DNA from: an uncultured Nitrososphaerota archaeon
Lineage (GTDB): Archaea > Korarchaeota > Korarchaeia > Korarchaeales > Korarchaeaceae
Direction of reading: 5' to 3'
Length of the DNA: 46,373 bases
NCBI GenBank assembly: GCA_964618805.1
Contig: CAZUBM010000017.1
Location: forward strand, 1-46,373
In this document: one piece after another, positions 29,548-39,268 of the stretch
Layout: each line of letters opens with the position of its first letter
Position numbering within the stretch: position 1 is the stretch's first letter
Notes under the pieces: model-generated
What the model saw: the letters and a program-made list of their open reading frames with translations, nothing else
Databases searched by the model: none
Told to the model about the DNA's origin: nothing
Program-made: the position numbers and the translations under genes

Positions 29548-30510
29548 TTATATCTTTATTCCAGCTTTCTCAAATTCTTCAAGAATGTTTTCTATTAGTT
29601 CACTTTTAATTCTGGTTAGATCGTTTGGTCTATCAGTGTAGGCATTTATCTCATATGTAATAGCGTTCTTTCCGAGTTCTGTCGAGTATGAAATGTCCAG
29701 AAAGAGGACAAAGGGTTTTTTATCACCTTCCTTTAATATTCCCCTCGTCTTCATCGCGCTCCTTATCAATATTTCCTTTACTACCTCCTTATCTAGATCG
29801 TAGCCCAAAGTAATCGGTACATGGACTAAGACTGTGCCAAGAGCACTATAATTTGATAATCCATTTTCAACTACGTGGAGGTTAGGTATACTTATGATCT
29901 CATTCTTTGTCGTCTTTATCTTGGTGAAGAAAAAGCCAAAGTCGATGATGTCCCCAGAAGCATTTCCTATCCGAATTCTATCTCCCTTCTTAAACAGATC
30001 TACGTGATTTAACGTCCAATATGCTAGAACATTGCCTAGAACACTCGATGTAAATAAACCTATCATGAATGACATTATCAGGACGAAAATGTTTGTTATA
30101 AAACTAGCCAGCCAGGGACCAACCTTAGAGTACCAAATTATCATTAAACCAAGCAATGCAAGTATGTAGCCAAAGTAGGTGATGTATCTTTCGAGCTGAC
30201 TGAGCATTCTCCTCCTAGCTAAAGGTTCCTTAGCGAATCCCCTAACTACGGGTAAGAATAACTTCTTTACGGAAGGTATGAAGAATCTGTTAAATGCCTG
30301 CAGCAGAAATAGCACGATAAACGAATAGACAAGCTTTTGCAAGAAATCTTGGACGGTGTTCTGTAAAGTTCCTAAGAAAGATAGCCAATTTCCAAAAACT
30401 AACAGCCAAACAAATGCCTGTAATAGTGCTATTGCTAATATTCTGGAAAGAATCCAATATAGCTCCCTTTTCAAAAGGTTTCCCAATTGAGTTTTATTCA
30501 GAGCTACCAT
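29548..30510 (-). CDS. MscS-family mechanosensitive channel
   Basis: N-terminal TM helices, FKKGDRIRIG...G.I.D, TKIKT..NE.I.IPN and IL..F..AGI.I. Confidence 0.9.
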   Translation of the reverse strand: MVALNKTQLGNLLKRELYWILSRILAIALLQAFVWLLVFGNWLSFLGTLQNTVQDFLQKLVYSFIVLFLLQAFNRFFIPSVKKLFLPVVRGFAKEPLARRRMLSQLERYITYFGYILALLGLMIIWYSKVGPWLASFITNIFVLIMSFMIGLFTSSVLGNVLAYWTLNHVDLFKKGDRIRIGNASGDIIDFGFFFTKIKTTKNEIISIPNLHVVENGLSNYSALGTVLVHVPITLGYDLDKEVVKEILIRSAMKTRGILKEGDKKPFVLFLDISYSTELGKNAITYEINAYTDRPNDLTRIKSELIENILEEFEKAGIKI

Positions 30511-30691
30511 TCTAGAAATGAAACTATGATCCTTTATAAGCTGAGAACTAAGGGCCTTTTCAACTAAAAAAGAGATAATACCGATACAAGTAAAATTAGC
30601 TATCTAAGAAAGACATTCTGCATAATTACTGGCTCCTATAACTAAGGATGGAGAGTTTAGTTTAAATTAGCAAAACTCCACCTAATATGTT

Positions 30692-31405
30692 ATGAAATAC
30701 AAAATAATTGGAGACAACCTCCAGATGGTAGTAATCGAGCTTAACCCTGGTGAGAAAATAATAGCAGAGGCAGGAGCCTTAAACCACATGTCTGGAAATG
30801 TCAGACTAGAGGCTGAGGCAAGAGGAGGTATTACAAAGGGATTCCTCAGGAAAATAGCAGGAGAGAGCTTCTTTATGACCGAATTTACGTCAGTTGGGGG
30901 ACCTGGCATAGTTTCCTTTAGTGGAGTGGTTCCTGGTAAGATAGCAGCTCTTGAGCTAGATGGTACGAAGGAATATTACCTTCAGAGAGGAGCTTTCCTT
31001 GCTGCAACAGAGGGAATTGATATCTCTCCAGGAATAGCAAGGAAACTTGGTGCTGCTCTCTTCGGAGGCGAGGGAATAATCCTAGAGAAAATATCAGGAA
31101 TAGGTACCGTTTTCATACACGCAGCTGGAGATTTTGTTGAGTACAACCTAAAGGCTGGGCAGGTATTGAAGGTAGATACTGGTCAACTCGTTGGTTTTGA
31201 GTCCACAGTAGATTATGATATAGAAAGGGTTGGAGGCATTAAGTCGATGCTCTTTGCCGGTGAGGGCATCTTCTTAGCGACGATGAGAGGACCAGGAAAG
31301 GTTATAGTTCAATCAATGAACGTAAGAGCCTTAGCCAGTACTTTAGCTCGCTACACTTCAAGATCTGGAAGAAGCGGTTTTTCGATCACACTAGGAGGGA
31401 GCTAA
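30692..31405 (+). CDS. AIM24/TIGR00266 family protein
   Basis: L.PGEKIIAEAGA, AGESFF, FGGEG, VDTG..V.F and LFAGEG.F..GPG.V..QS motifs. Confidence 0.92.
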   Translation: MKYKIIGDNLQMVVIELNPGEKIIAEAGALNHMSGNVRLEAEARGGITKGFLRKIAGESFFMTEFTSVGGPGIVSFSGVVPGKIAALELDGTKEYYLQRGAFLAATEGIDISPGIARKLGAALFGGEGIILEKISGIGTVFIHAAGDFVEYNLKAGQVLKVDTGQLVGFESTVDYDIERVGGIKSMLFAGEGIFLATMRGPGKVIVQSMNVRALASTLARYTSRSGRSGFSITLGGS

Positions 31406-31406
31406 G

Positions 31407-31697
31407 CTGAACAGAAAGAGCATAGCTGCCCTTCTTCTATTTTTCACTCTACTTGCATGCGTTGGCATCATAGCAGCTGTAATTCTGATCAGATTCCTTC
31501 CGATATTCATTGTACTCATACTAGCACTCATTATCATAGTCCTGGTAGCAGGTATGCTCTTAACTCTCATAGGAGCATTTTTAGCCTCCTTTGGATCAAT
31601 ATATTATATTATAAAGAAGAAGCCCGAGGTAATACCGTCTCCGATGAAGATAGAGGATGTTAAGGAGCCAAAGAAAAGGGATAAGGAAGGAAGTTAG
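31407..31697 (+). CDS. Small (96 aa) membrane protein with probable CTG start; absent from the ORF track
   Basis: Open frame (L/M)NRKSIAALLLFFTLLACVGIIAAVILIRFLPIFIVLILALIIIVLVAGMLLTLIGAFLASFGSIYYIIKKKPEV...KEGS*. AGGAGG lies at 31393-31398, and an in-frame TAG at 31392-31394 bounds the frame. Confidence 0.75.
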   Translation: MNRKSIAALLLFFTLLACVGIIAAVILIRFLPIFIVLILALIIIVLVAGMLLTLIGAFLASFGSIYYIIKKKPEVIPSPMKIEDVKEPKKRDKEGS

Positions 31698-31703
31698 GCA
31701 ATC

Positions 31704-32438
31704 TCATGGAATTACGGTAAACCTTATTCTAGTTATTCCAGCCCCTTTACTCTTCCTTCCAAGCAACTTTACCTGTCCTATTTCTCCAGTTTTGGAGACA
31801 TGAGTCCCTCCACATGGATCAGCTCTTATGCCTTCTATCTCGACCAACCTTAACTCCTTTAAACTCAAATATTCTTTACCAAGGCTCAAACCATATCCTT
31901 TCATTATTCTTTCTGCTTCTTCTTTATCTACAAACCTTGCTAATACAGGAACATCCATTTTAACAAGAGAATTTATCTCTTCTTCTATTTTTGGTAGATC
32001 ATCAGATGAAATTCGGGCCTTAAAATCGAGTCTGGCATGATCAACGTTTATACCACTACCCCACACAATAGCAGTGCCTATTACCTTTTCTACGGCTGTT
32101 TCTAAGAGATGAGCGGCAGTGTGCAATCTCATGAGCCTGTATCTCCTATCCCAGTCTATAATACCTTTTACAACGCTGCCAGGTGATATTTTACCTTCCA
32201 TGCTTCCTAAATGAATAATATCTCCTCTCTCTTCCTTAACCCACGAGACTTTGAACCTAAATTTTCTTGCTTCTATAACTCCGGTGTCAGCTGGCTGTCC
32301 TCCTCCCTCAGGATAAAACGCAGTCTTATCTAGGACCAGCCCAAGAGCATCTGGGAATTCCAAGAGATCCACAACAACAGCCTCAAACTCTCTCATATAT
32401 TGGTCTTCATAGTAAAGGCGCCTTGTCATTTCATGCAT
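31704..32438 (-). CDS. alaX: Alanyl-tRNA editing protein AlaX-M (paralog 2)
   Basis: LYYEDQY, FYPEGGGQP.D.G, MRLHTAAH and PCGGTH motifs. Confidence 0.93.
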   Translation of the reverse strand: MHEMTRRLYYEDQYMREFEAVVVDLLEFPDALGLVLDKTAFYPEGGGQPADTGVIEARKFRFKVSWVKEERGDIIHLGSMEGKISPGSVVKGIIDWDRRYRLMRLHTAAHLLETAVEKVIGTAIVWGSGINVDHARLDFKARISSDDLPKIEEEINSLVKMDVPVLARFVDKEEAERIMKGYGLSLGKEYLSLKELRLVEIEGIRADPCGGTHVSKTGEIGQVKLLGRKSKGAGITRIRFTVIP

Positions 32439-32513
32439 TTTCCATTCAATCGCTTTTATTCGTTTCTACTATAGGAAAAGAATGTTCCGCTAGTTTCCTT
32501 CTAACTCTGTAGG

Positions 32514-33377
32514 ATGAGGCAACATGTTCTGTTTTTTATATTAAGCCGCATAATCTCCACGATGCAACTGCTGGACCGGTTCATAGACAAACTTAGCGAC
32601 TTACTCTATGGAATAGCCTCTTCAATACAGATACCGGTCTACCAAAGATATCTGGAGAGAAGGGTACGAAGAGGTCCCATACCCAAGCACGTAGCCATTA
32701 TACTTGATGGAAACAGACGTTTTGCCAAAATCAAGAATCTACCAATCGAGAAGGGCTATATGCTTGGGGCTAATAAGGTTAGGCAGATCCTTGACTGGTG
32801 CGAAGAACTTGGTATTCAACACGTAACTCTATACTCCTTCAGTACAGAAAACTTTAGGAGACCAAAAGATCAAGTAGAAACAATTCTAAACGTAATAAAA
32901 AGCCAATTAGAGGAAGCTCTAGCTAGTTTGGATGAATTCAAAAGGAGAGGAGTAAGCGTCAGGATTATTGGTAGGCTAGAGCTGTTACCCGATGATCTAA
33001 GAAATCTTGCCAGAGAGTTGGAGGAAAGAACAGCTAGCTTCGGATCAAAGACCATAAACCTAGCCATAGCCTATGGTGGGAGAATGGAAATCTTGGATGC
33101 AGTCAGGAGGATAGCAGAAAAGGTAAGAGAGGGCAAGTTAAGACCTGAAGATATCGATGAGGAGGCCTTTAGATCCCATTTGTACCTGAAAGATCTTCCT
33201 GATCCTGATTTAATCATAAGAACATCAGGAGAGGAGAGAATAAGCAACTTTCTCCTGTGGCATATTGCATATTCAGAATTATACTTCTGCGAAGCTTATT
33301 TGCCAGCTTTTAGAAAGATAGATTTCCTTAGAGCTATCAGGGATTATCAGAGAAGGAGTAGAAGGTTTGGAGCTTAG
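32514..33377 (+). CDS. uppS: Polyprenyl (cis-prenyl) diphosphate synthase
   Basis: PKHVAIILDGNRR, YSFSTENF.R, YGGR.EI and PDLIIRTSGEERISNFLLW motifs. The likely start is 32562. Confidence 0.96.
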   Translation: MRQHVLFFILSRIISTMQLLDRFIDKLSDLLYGIASSIQIPVYQRYLERRVRRGPIPKHVAIILDGNRRFAKIKNLPIEKGYMLGANKVRQILDWCEELGIQHVTLYSFSTENFRRPKDQVETILNVIKSQLEEALASLDEFKRRGVSVRIIGRLELLPDDLRNLARELEERTASFGSKTINLAIAYGGRMEILDAVRRIAEKVREGKLRPEDIDEEAFRSHLYLKDLPDPDLIIRTSGEERISNFLLWHIAYSELYFCEAYLPAFRKIDFLRAIRDYQRRSRRFGA

Positions 33378-33856
33378 CTACATTTATCGGTCTTCTTAAT
33401 GAGATCTTCTAAGAAGCTTACAATATCTTCAAGCTTGCCTTTTGCCCTTATAGAGAGATTGAAGATCACTAGATCTCCATAAGGCCCCGCTACAACTGGT
33501 AGGTTTTCCAAAACTATATAAAATCTCTTAAGAACAGGAATCCAGAGCAAAACATCTTGCAAATAACCCTCTCTATCAGTTAGATCTTCCTCATCCATTT
33601 TCTTTAATAACCCATCGATCTTCAAGAGAATGGCCATAACTGCCTCTAAACGCAGGCCTATTTCACTTTCCATTCTTGCTAGTATGAATGGATTTTTGGT
33701 CGATCTTGATATAACAAGAGATAAATACGAAAGAACCTCTTGTATGCTTTCTCTAATCGATTTAATGTCCAAATCTCTACCCTCTTTATGTCTGAAGCTT
33801 GTGCTTACCATGTTTAGTACCCTTAACATTCTAATTGCTAACCTTTTTTTGGTCAC
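33374..33856 (-). CDS. Hypothetical alpha-helical protein
   Basis: 160-aa ORF filling the gap between convergent uppS and the divergent gene; no motif recognised. Confidence 0.6.
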   Translation of the reverse strand: MTKKRLAIRMLRVLNMVSTSFRHKEGRDLDIKSIRESIQEVLSYLSLVISRSTKNPFILARMESEIGLRLEAVMAILLKIDGLLKKMDEEDLTDREGYLQDVLLWIPVLKRFYIVLENLPVVAGPYGDLVIFNLSIRAKGKLEDIVSFLEDLIKKTDKCS

Positions 33857-33863
33857 CCTATGA

Positions 33864-35240
33864 TTGGTCCGAGACCAATATATGAGGAAGACATTAGCAC
33901 CTCTCCTAGTTATAGTATTGCTCCCTTGCGTTATTCTTTCAGTTAACTCACAAGAGAAAACAAGAAACCCTTTTGCAGTTGGATTTCAATTTGATAAGTT
34001 CTATTATGAGCCAAACTCGACCGGTAACGTTAAGATATGGGTAATGTCTTGGATAGATGCCCCCTTATTTATTGGAGCGATCTTTCTTCACTTTGATTGG
34101 ATGGAAGAGAACGAATCAATTAGTCTTGTGGGATTAAACGTTTCTGTTAATCAATACGAGCCAACGATCGTCGGCAGCCTAAACTTTACCATTCCAGATG
34201 TAGAACCTGGATGGCACGGATATGTTGCATTAGTTTACTACTCGGCAAAATTGGGCGGAAGATGGATTGAAGGAGCCGTCAGAGCTCCAGACCCAGTGGA
34301 TCAAAGGGAGTTTGGCCACGATATGTATCTTATTTCAATCGGATATCCCATAGGAGAAGGCAATGTTCCCGCATTGTATTGGAATGTGTACAATTATACA
34401 CGAGAAGTTAGGAGAGGAGAGTTCCTGACAGTATGGGTTGATCTGGGAAACGCTGGAGGATACTATGCTCCATCGATACATGCGACGCTAATCAACGATC
34501 TTAACGAAGTAGTAGGAGGCATAAGACCTGCAAACATTTTTAGCGGAATAGCTGAACCATATCCTCTTCTCTTCCTTTCTGAAGGTGTTCCATTTGGAAT
34601 TAGAGCTAGATTATTCTGGAGAATACCAGAAAACTATTCACTTGGATCTCACAATATCACTCTCATAATTGCAAGCGGTGAGATACCTCAGGCTTCGAAA
34701 TCATTGAACTTTACAGTTCTAAAGTCGTATTCTGAGGAAGCTAGAGAAAAACTAGATATCATAGACAGATTTCTGAGAGAAGTGAACAGTCTGCTAAACC
34801 TATCTAAGCAAATTGGTTTTAGCATTAAGAAATTAGACGTTTCATCGATAAGAGACGAATATACCCAAGGTCTAACCCTTTTGCTGATAGGAAACGAGAA
34901 ATCAGCTCTAGAACATGCTGAAAAGGGGATGCAACTTGTCTATTCAACAAAGGAGCAACTTAAGCCTTTGGTTGAAGAGATTGAAAAGCAGATAGCTAAG
35001 ATAAGCACTTCGGAAGATCCTACAGTGAAAGAGCACTTGAAAAAAGCCACTAACGCCCTTGAGCAAGCAAAGTTATCGGAAAATCCAGCTAACTGGGCTG
35101 CTAATATGACGATAGCTTTGTCAGAGCTACTTCAAGCGAAGAACCTTGTTGGCAATAAATGGATTTCCTTGATTCTTGCAATCTTCTCAGGGATCCTAGG
35201 TACCCTAGTTCTTTTCATAATAATAAGGAGGAGAAAGTGA
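33864..35240 (+). CDS. Secreted, C-terminally anchored protein (Ig-like beta region + helical stalk)
   Basis: Signal peptide from the ATG at 33882, NxS/T sequons, C-terminal TM followed by RRRK. Confidence 0.8.
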   Translation: MVRDQYMRKTLAPLLVIVLLPCVILSVNSQEKTRNPFAVGFQFDKFYYEPNSTGNVKIWVMSWIDAPLFIGAIFLHFDWMEENESISLVGLNVSVNQYEPTIVGSLNFTIPDVEPGWHGYVALVYYSAKLGGRWIEGAVRAPDPVDQREFGHDMYLISIGYPIGEGNVPALYWNVYNYTREVRRGEFLTVWVDLGNAGGYYAPSIHATLINDLNEVVGGIRPANIFSGIAEPYPLLFLSEGVPFGIRARLFWRIPENYSLGSHNITLIIASGEIPQASKSLNFTVLKSYSEEAREKLDIIDRFLREVNSLLNLSKQIGFSIKKLDVSSIRDEYTQGLTLLLIGNEKSALEHAEKGMQLVYSTKEQLKPLVEEIEKQIAKISTSEDPTVKEHLKKATNALEQAKLSENPANWAANMTIALSELLQAKNLVGNKWISLILAIFSGILGTLVLFIIIRRRK

Positions 35241-35243
35241 TCC

Positions 35244-36197
35244 TCATCTGCAGGAGGTCATTACATCAATTGCATTGACCCAAGCCTTTGCTGTATCCCT
35301 TCTATTATACCCTCCTCCACCTGTAGCCAACAATCGACCTTCACAAAGTTCGTGAGCTAGCTCATGAACTATTTGGACAGCCAAACGATGACCTTTATGG
35401 GAATATCTTAGATGGGTTAGAGGATCGCTTAAAAGCCCGTCTGCACCGCATTGAAGTATTATTATTTCAGGTTTGGCTCTCTTTGCAAAAGCTTTTACTT
35501 CCTCCATGGCTAGCAGCAGCTTCTCATCTCCATCCCCCGGGTTAAGTGGTATGTTTAGTTTCGTTCCCTTAGCTTCTCCTGCTCCCTCTTCTTCTCTGAA
35601 ACCAGTTCCAGGATAAAGAAAGCGTCCGCTTTCATGTATATCTGCGATATAGACTCTCGGATCGTCATAGAATCCATATAAAACTCCATCTCCGTCGTGG
35701 GCATCAAGATCGACATAGAGCACTCTTTTAACTCCATAATCCTTCAAAGCCTTTGAAATAGCGATAGCGACATCGTTAAAAACGCAGAAACCCCCGGCAG
35801 ATTTCTTCCTTGCATGATGGAGTCCTCCCATTGGGTTAAAAGCATGTAGAGCCTCTCCTTGCATGATCTTCTCTAAGCCTAGCAAAGTGGAGCCAACGAC
35901 GTAGCAGGAAGCTTCAAAAACTCCTGAAAAGGCAGGCGTGTCTCCATAGTCTAAGACACCAATTCCACGTTTTGAAGCTTGCTCTACAAATTTCACGTAT
36001 TCTTCATCATGAAACAGGAGGAGGTCCTCTCTTTTAGCCATTATAGGTGCACATACCTCAATTTCTCTTGCTTTTAATAAACCGCTTTCTTCAAGCTCTT
36101 TCCAGAAGAAGGTTAGTCTATCGGATCTCATAGGATGACCAGGTCCAAAGGAATATAGCAGCAGCTCATTACCAAATATTAGACACAGTTTAGGCAT
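35244..36197 (-). CDS. Histone deacetylase family / AcuC-like protein
   Basis: HPM...R, GDTP, GGLHHA, GFCVFND, VDLDAH.GDG, GADG and GGGGY motifs. Confidence 0.95.
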   Translation of the reverse strand: MPKLCLIFGNELLLYSFGPGHPMRSDRLTFFWKELEESGLLKAREIEVCAPIMAKREDLLLFHDEEYVKFVEQASKRGIGVLDYGDTPAFSGVFEASCYVVGSTLLGLEKIMQGEALHAFNPMGGLHHARKKSAGGFCVFNDVAIAISKALKDYGVKRVLYVDLDAHDGDGVLYGFYDDPRVYIADIHESGRFLYPGTGFREEEGAGEAKGTKLNIPLNPGDGDEKLLLAMEEVKAFAKRAKPEIIILQCGADGLLSDPLTHLRYSHKGHRLAVQIVHELAHELCEGRLLATGGGGYNRRDTAKAWVNAIDVMTSCR

Positions 36198-36311
36198 CGT
36201 TCTGATATTCTGCTAAAAGCTAAAACCATTATGTGAGGGATTAAAGGTATAATCAGGCTTTATGGAAAATCACTTTTTCATTTTGATGCATTATTGAATC
36301 CTTTAATCTAG

Positions 36312-37196
36312 CTATCGGTTATCTTGGATCCACTTGCGTATCATGTCCTCGACTCTGGGCTCCTTTCTCCTATACTTGGTCCCAAATCTAAGATAAGGAT
36401 ACCCTCCATATATTTGAATAGCTTTTTTAACCAACTCATCGGCTTCTCCTAAAGAAAATCGTCTCCAATCTCTATCGTGCTTGAAGGAGTTAGGATCAGA
36501 CCAAGACGGATCAAAAGAGCAGATATCATCAGGGTTTATACATACTACAGCCGAATCCACACTTCTGTGCAAGCTTAAGGGAACTGATAACAGGTTTTTG
36601 GGCTTTATTTCATTATCCACCCTGAGTTCGAATGCATCGTACTTTTCCCTCACATCATGAAGTTTCCCTAGGATCTTCCCTCTGATATACTCGACTATTG
36701 CCCAAGCAGCATTAAGTGCACCATATCTCCTAACAATTTCTGGTGAAAGAGACCCCTGATTTAGATTTACATGCATTCCTCTACCAGTCCACATAACATA
36801 TATGGAATTGCTAATGCCTTCTACCTCTAGGAGGTTCAGAATTTCCTGAACTATTTCAACCGTTGCTCTCCACTTTCTTGGATCGTTATCTATATCCCAG
36901 TAAGGGGTATATGATATCACATTGTCCTCGTCTTCAACATCTTCTCTTCCATAGAGATTCAGATAGAGAGCTGATGTCGCATAAAAGGACCTTGGTTCTA
37001 TAGAGGAAAAGCGTTCCAACATCTCTGTAACTTGAGCTGATTTCCCTATGCTTATGGGAATGCCCCTTTCATCATACCTCACTACCTTCTTGCCAAAAAG
37101 AGCAACCCACCTGTTGCGACAAAAATCAGCAACTTCTTTTTTAACCTCTTTTCTGCTGTAATACTTGAGTATTTCATCGTGCGAGAGTGTCATCAA
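36312..37196 (-). CDS. Archaeo-eukaryotic primase (AEP) superfamily protein
   Basis: YY.R..V, motif I WDID, motif II WTGRGMH, motif III RVD, and P.SLH. Confidence 0.78.
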   Translation of the reverse strand: MMTLSHDEILKYYSRKEVKKEVADFCRNRWVALFGKKVVRYDERGIPISIGKSAQVTEMLERFSSIEPRSFYATSALYLNLYGREDVEDEDNVISYTPYWDIDNDPRKWRATVEIVQEILNLLEVEGISNSIYVMWTGRGMHVNLNQGSLSPEIVRRYGALNAAWAIVEYIRGKILGKLHDVREKYDAFELRVDNEIKPKNLLSVPLSLHRSVDSAVVCINPDDICSFDPSWSDPNSFKHDRDWRRFSLGEADELVKKAIQIYGGYPYLRFGTKYRRKEPRVEDMIRKWIQDNR

Positions 37197-37374
37197 GAAT
37201 TACACACAATTCAAAAATATAGAGTTACTTGATTGCTCAAAATGCCCATGGGTAGCTTTAAACCCCGGATTACATGACTTCAGGTTAAACTGTCTTTATG
37301 GGAACAAAAAATATATTACCAGAAGAACCTTTCCCATTCACCTCCTATTACAAATATCAGGTGATCAGATCTAA

Positions 37375-39225
37375 ATGAAAGACGCTGGAATAAGGCGTTA
37401 TGCTCCCATAGCTGGCACAGTATTACTAACAGTTATGTGTATAGGTACAGCTACTGGTGTTCAGAGGACCGTAATATCGCTTTATGCAGAGCAACTGTTG
37501 AGCTCAAAGTCGACACTAACGTACGTAATCTTATATCTTCCAATTTTTATTTTTGGGATTTTGAAAGGTACTGTAGATCTTCTAGGAGGATGGCTATCTG
37601 ATAGATTTGGAAGGAAAAACGTTATAATCGCCGGATCCCTCCTTTATATGATCGGAGCGCTCCTTCTCTATCTCGGTAATAACCTCACAGCCTTGGTCAT
37701 GGCTAACACGATGATAGGAAGCGGGCAAGGCATGCTCCTTGCAGGTGCTATGATTGCTCTATCAGATTTAAGTTCCTCCTCAGAGCAGGCGTTGAGCTTC
37801 GGCTTAATGGAAAGCTTTGTTTACGGAGGCTATACAATAGGAGCTGTCTTAGCAGGCTACATTTCAGAGTTAAAAGGCATAAAAGACTCCTTTATAATAT
37901 CTTTAACCTCTGCTGCCCTTGCTCTGGCCATTTCTACCAGCACTATGAGGGAGACGAGAGAAATACCAAGCAAAAAACAAGATTATGTGAAGGTCAAGGA
38001 GATGAACACGATTGACATATACAAAACATGTCTGAAGAGCTGGACACTTAGGGTTGCTTACTTCCTAGGGCATCTCGCTAGCTTTTCAGATGTTCTGATA
38101 TGGGGCACTTTCCCCTTGTACCTCTATTCTAGGGGGCTTACCCAATCGATGATCGGATTCATTCAGGGAGCATCAACACTGACTTGGGCTATCTCAATGC
38201 CGTTCGCGGGCAAAATATCCGATGTCTTGGGCAGAAGAGTTCTTTCCACGGTTGGTCTAATGATTAAAGCATTTGGGATAATCTCTATCCTGAACTCAAC
38301 CAGCTTCGCGTTAAACCTTGTTGCTGCGTCCCTGATTGGACTAGGTACTGGACTTTATTACCCAATAATGCCCGCCATTTCTACGGACGTCGTTCCATCT
38401 AATGTAAAGGGAAGGGCCTTGGGACTCTTCAGAGCTATAAGGGACTACGGGTATTTCACAGGTGCAATCTTTCTTGGAATTGTTACCTCAGCTTTTAGCT
38501 ATCAACACGCATTCTATGTGACAGTAGCTCTCCTAGGAGTTGGAACTCTTGCCATATTTGCTGGAATAAAGGAGACAAGGCCTTTCTGGCCAGCTTTGGA
38601 ACTAGTAGAGGAACACGTTCTCAAGGTCATGGAGTGTTGTGAGGCCATGAACGAAATGATTAAGCTACATACATCAGGGAAGAAAGAGGATGTTCTACGT
38701 CTTTCAAAGAGGATAAAACAGTTAGAGAGTCAAGCTGATAGCATCAGGTTAAGGATAGATAGAGACCTTTGGTTCAGAGCCTTACACGGGCAAGATAAGG
38801 CTGATCTGTCTAGGCTCTCTGAAAAAATAGATAGAATAGCAGCTTACCTCCTAGGGGCTTCAAGAAGGCTTATCCTATTGGATCCGGAGACAATCCCATC
38901 TCCGATGAAGGCTAAGTTTAACTCTATGGGAGATAAATGTCTAGAGGTTATGGAAAAGCTTGTTTCAGCAGTAAAAGTAATAAGAGAGGATAGAGAGACG
39001 GCACTCCTTCTGGCTGAGGAAGTAGGGGGTCTAGAAACAAATTATGATATGCTTCACTTAGAGGCATCAAGGGAACTTATGGAAATGGCCGATGGTTTGA
39101 AACCGTTGACTCTGCTAAACATCAGGGACTTCATAGATCTTATGGAGTATGCTGTAGATGCTGCCGAGGACGCCTCAGATATCATAAGAGTTCTAATATT
39201 CAAACACAGCGCTTGGCCTATCTAA
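37375..39225 (+). CDS. MFS transporter fused to a C-terminal DUF47/PhoU-like domain
   Basis: About 400 aa of MFS (GWLSDRFGRK, GKISDVLGRR), then helical repeats IKQLESQAD.I..I, LS..ID.IA, LE..YD.L and DAAEDASD. Confidence 0.87.
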   Translation: MKDAGIRRYAPIAGTVLLTVMCIGTATGVQRTVISLYAEQLLSSKSTLTYVILYLPIFIFGILKGTVDLLGGWLSDRFGRKNVIIAGSLLYMIGALLLYLGNNLTALVMANTMIGSGQGMLLAGAMIALSDLSSSSEQALSFGLMESFVYGGYTIGAVLAGYISELKGIKDSFIISLTSAALALAISTSTMRETREIPSKKQDYVKVKEMNTIDIYKTCLKSWTLRVAYFLGHLASFSDVLIWGTFPLYLYSRGLTQSMIGFIQGASTLTWAISMPFAGKISDVLGRRVLSTVGLMIKAFGIISILNSTSFALNLVAASLIGLGTGLYYPIMPAISTDVVPSNVKGRALGLFRAIRDYGYFTGAIFLGIVTSAFSYQHAFYVTVALLGVGTLAIFAGIKETRPFWPALELVEEHVLKVMECCEAMNEMIKLHTSGKKEDVLRLSKRIKQLESQADSIRLRIDRDLWFRALHGQDKADLSRLSEKIDRIAAYLLGASRRLILLDPETIPSPMKAKFNSMGDKCLEVMEKLVSAVKVIREDRETALLLAEEVGGLETNYDMLHLEASRELMEMADGLKPLTLLNIRDFIDLMEYAVDAAEDASDIIRVLIFKHSAWPI

Positions 39226-39268
39226 AAACGCTAACTTTTTTGGAGGCGAGGATCTCTAATCAGATGAG

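Noticed and set aside
31457-31663. 68-aa His/Ser-rich ORF in the supplied track
   Set aside because: It is a shadow frame of the hydrophobic CTG-start ORF at 31407-31697.
28435-37196. Complete archaeal NHEJ operon
   Set aside because: The PE and AEP genes are 7 kb apart on opposite strands, and no Ku or ATP-dependent ligase is present; kept only as a loose hypothesis.
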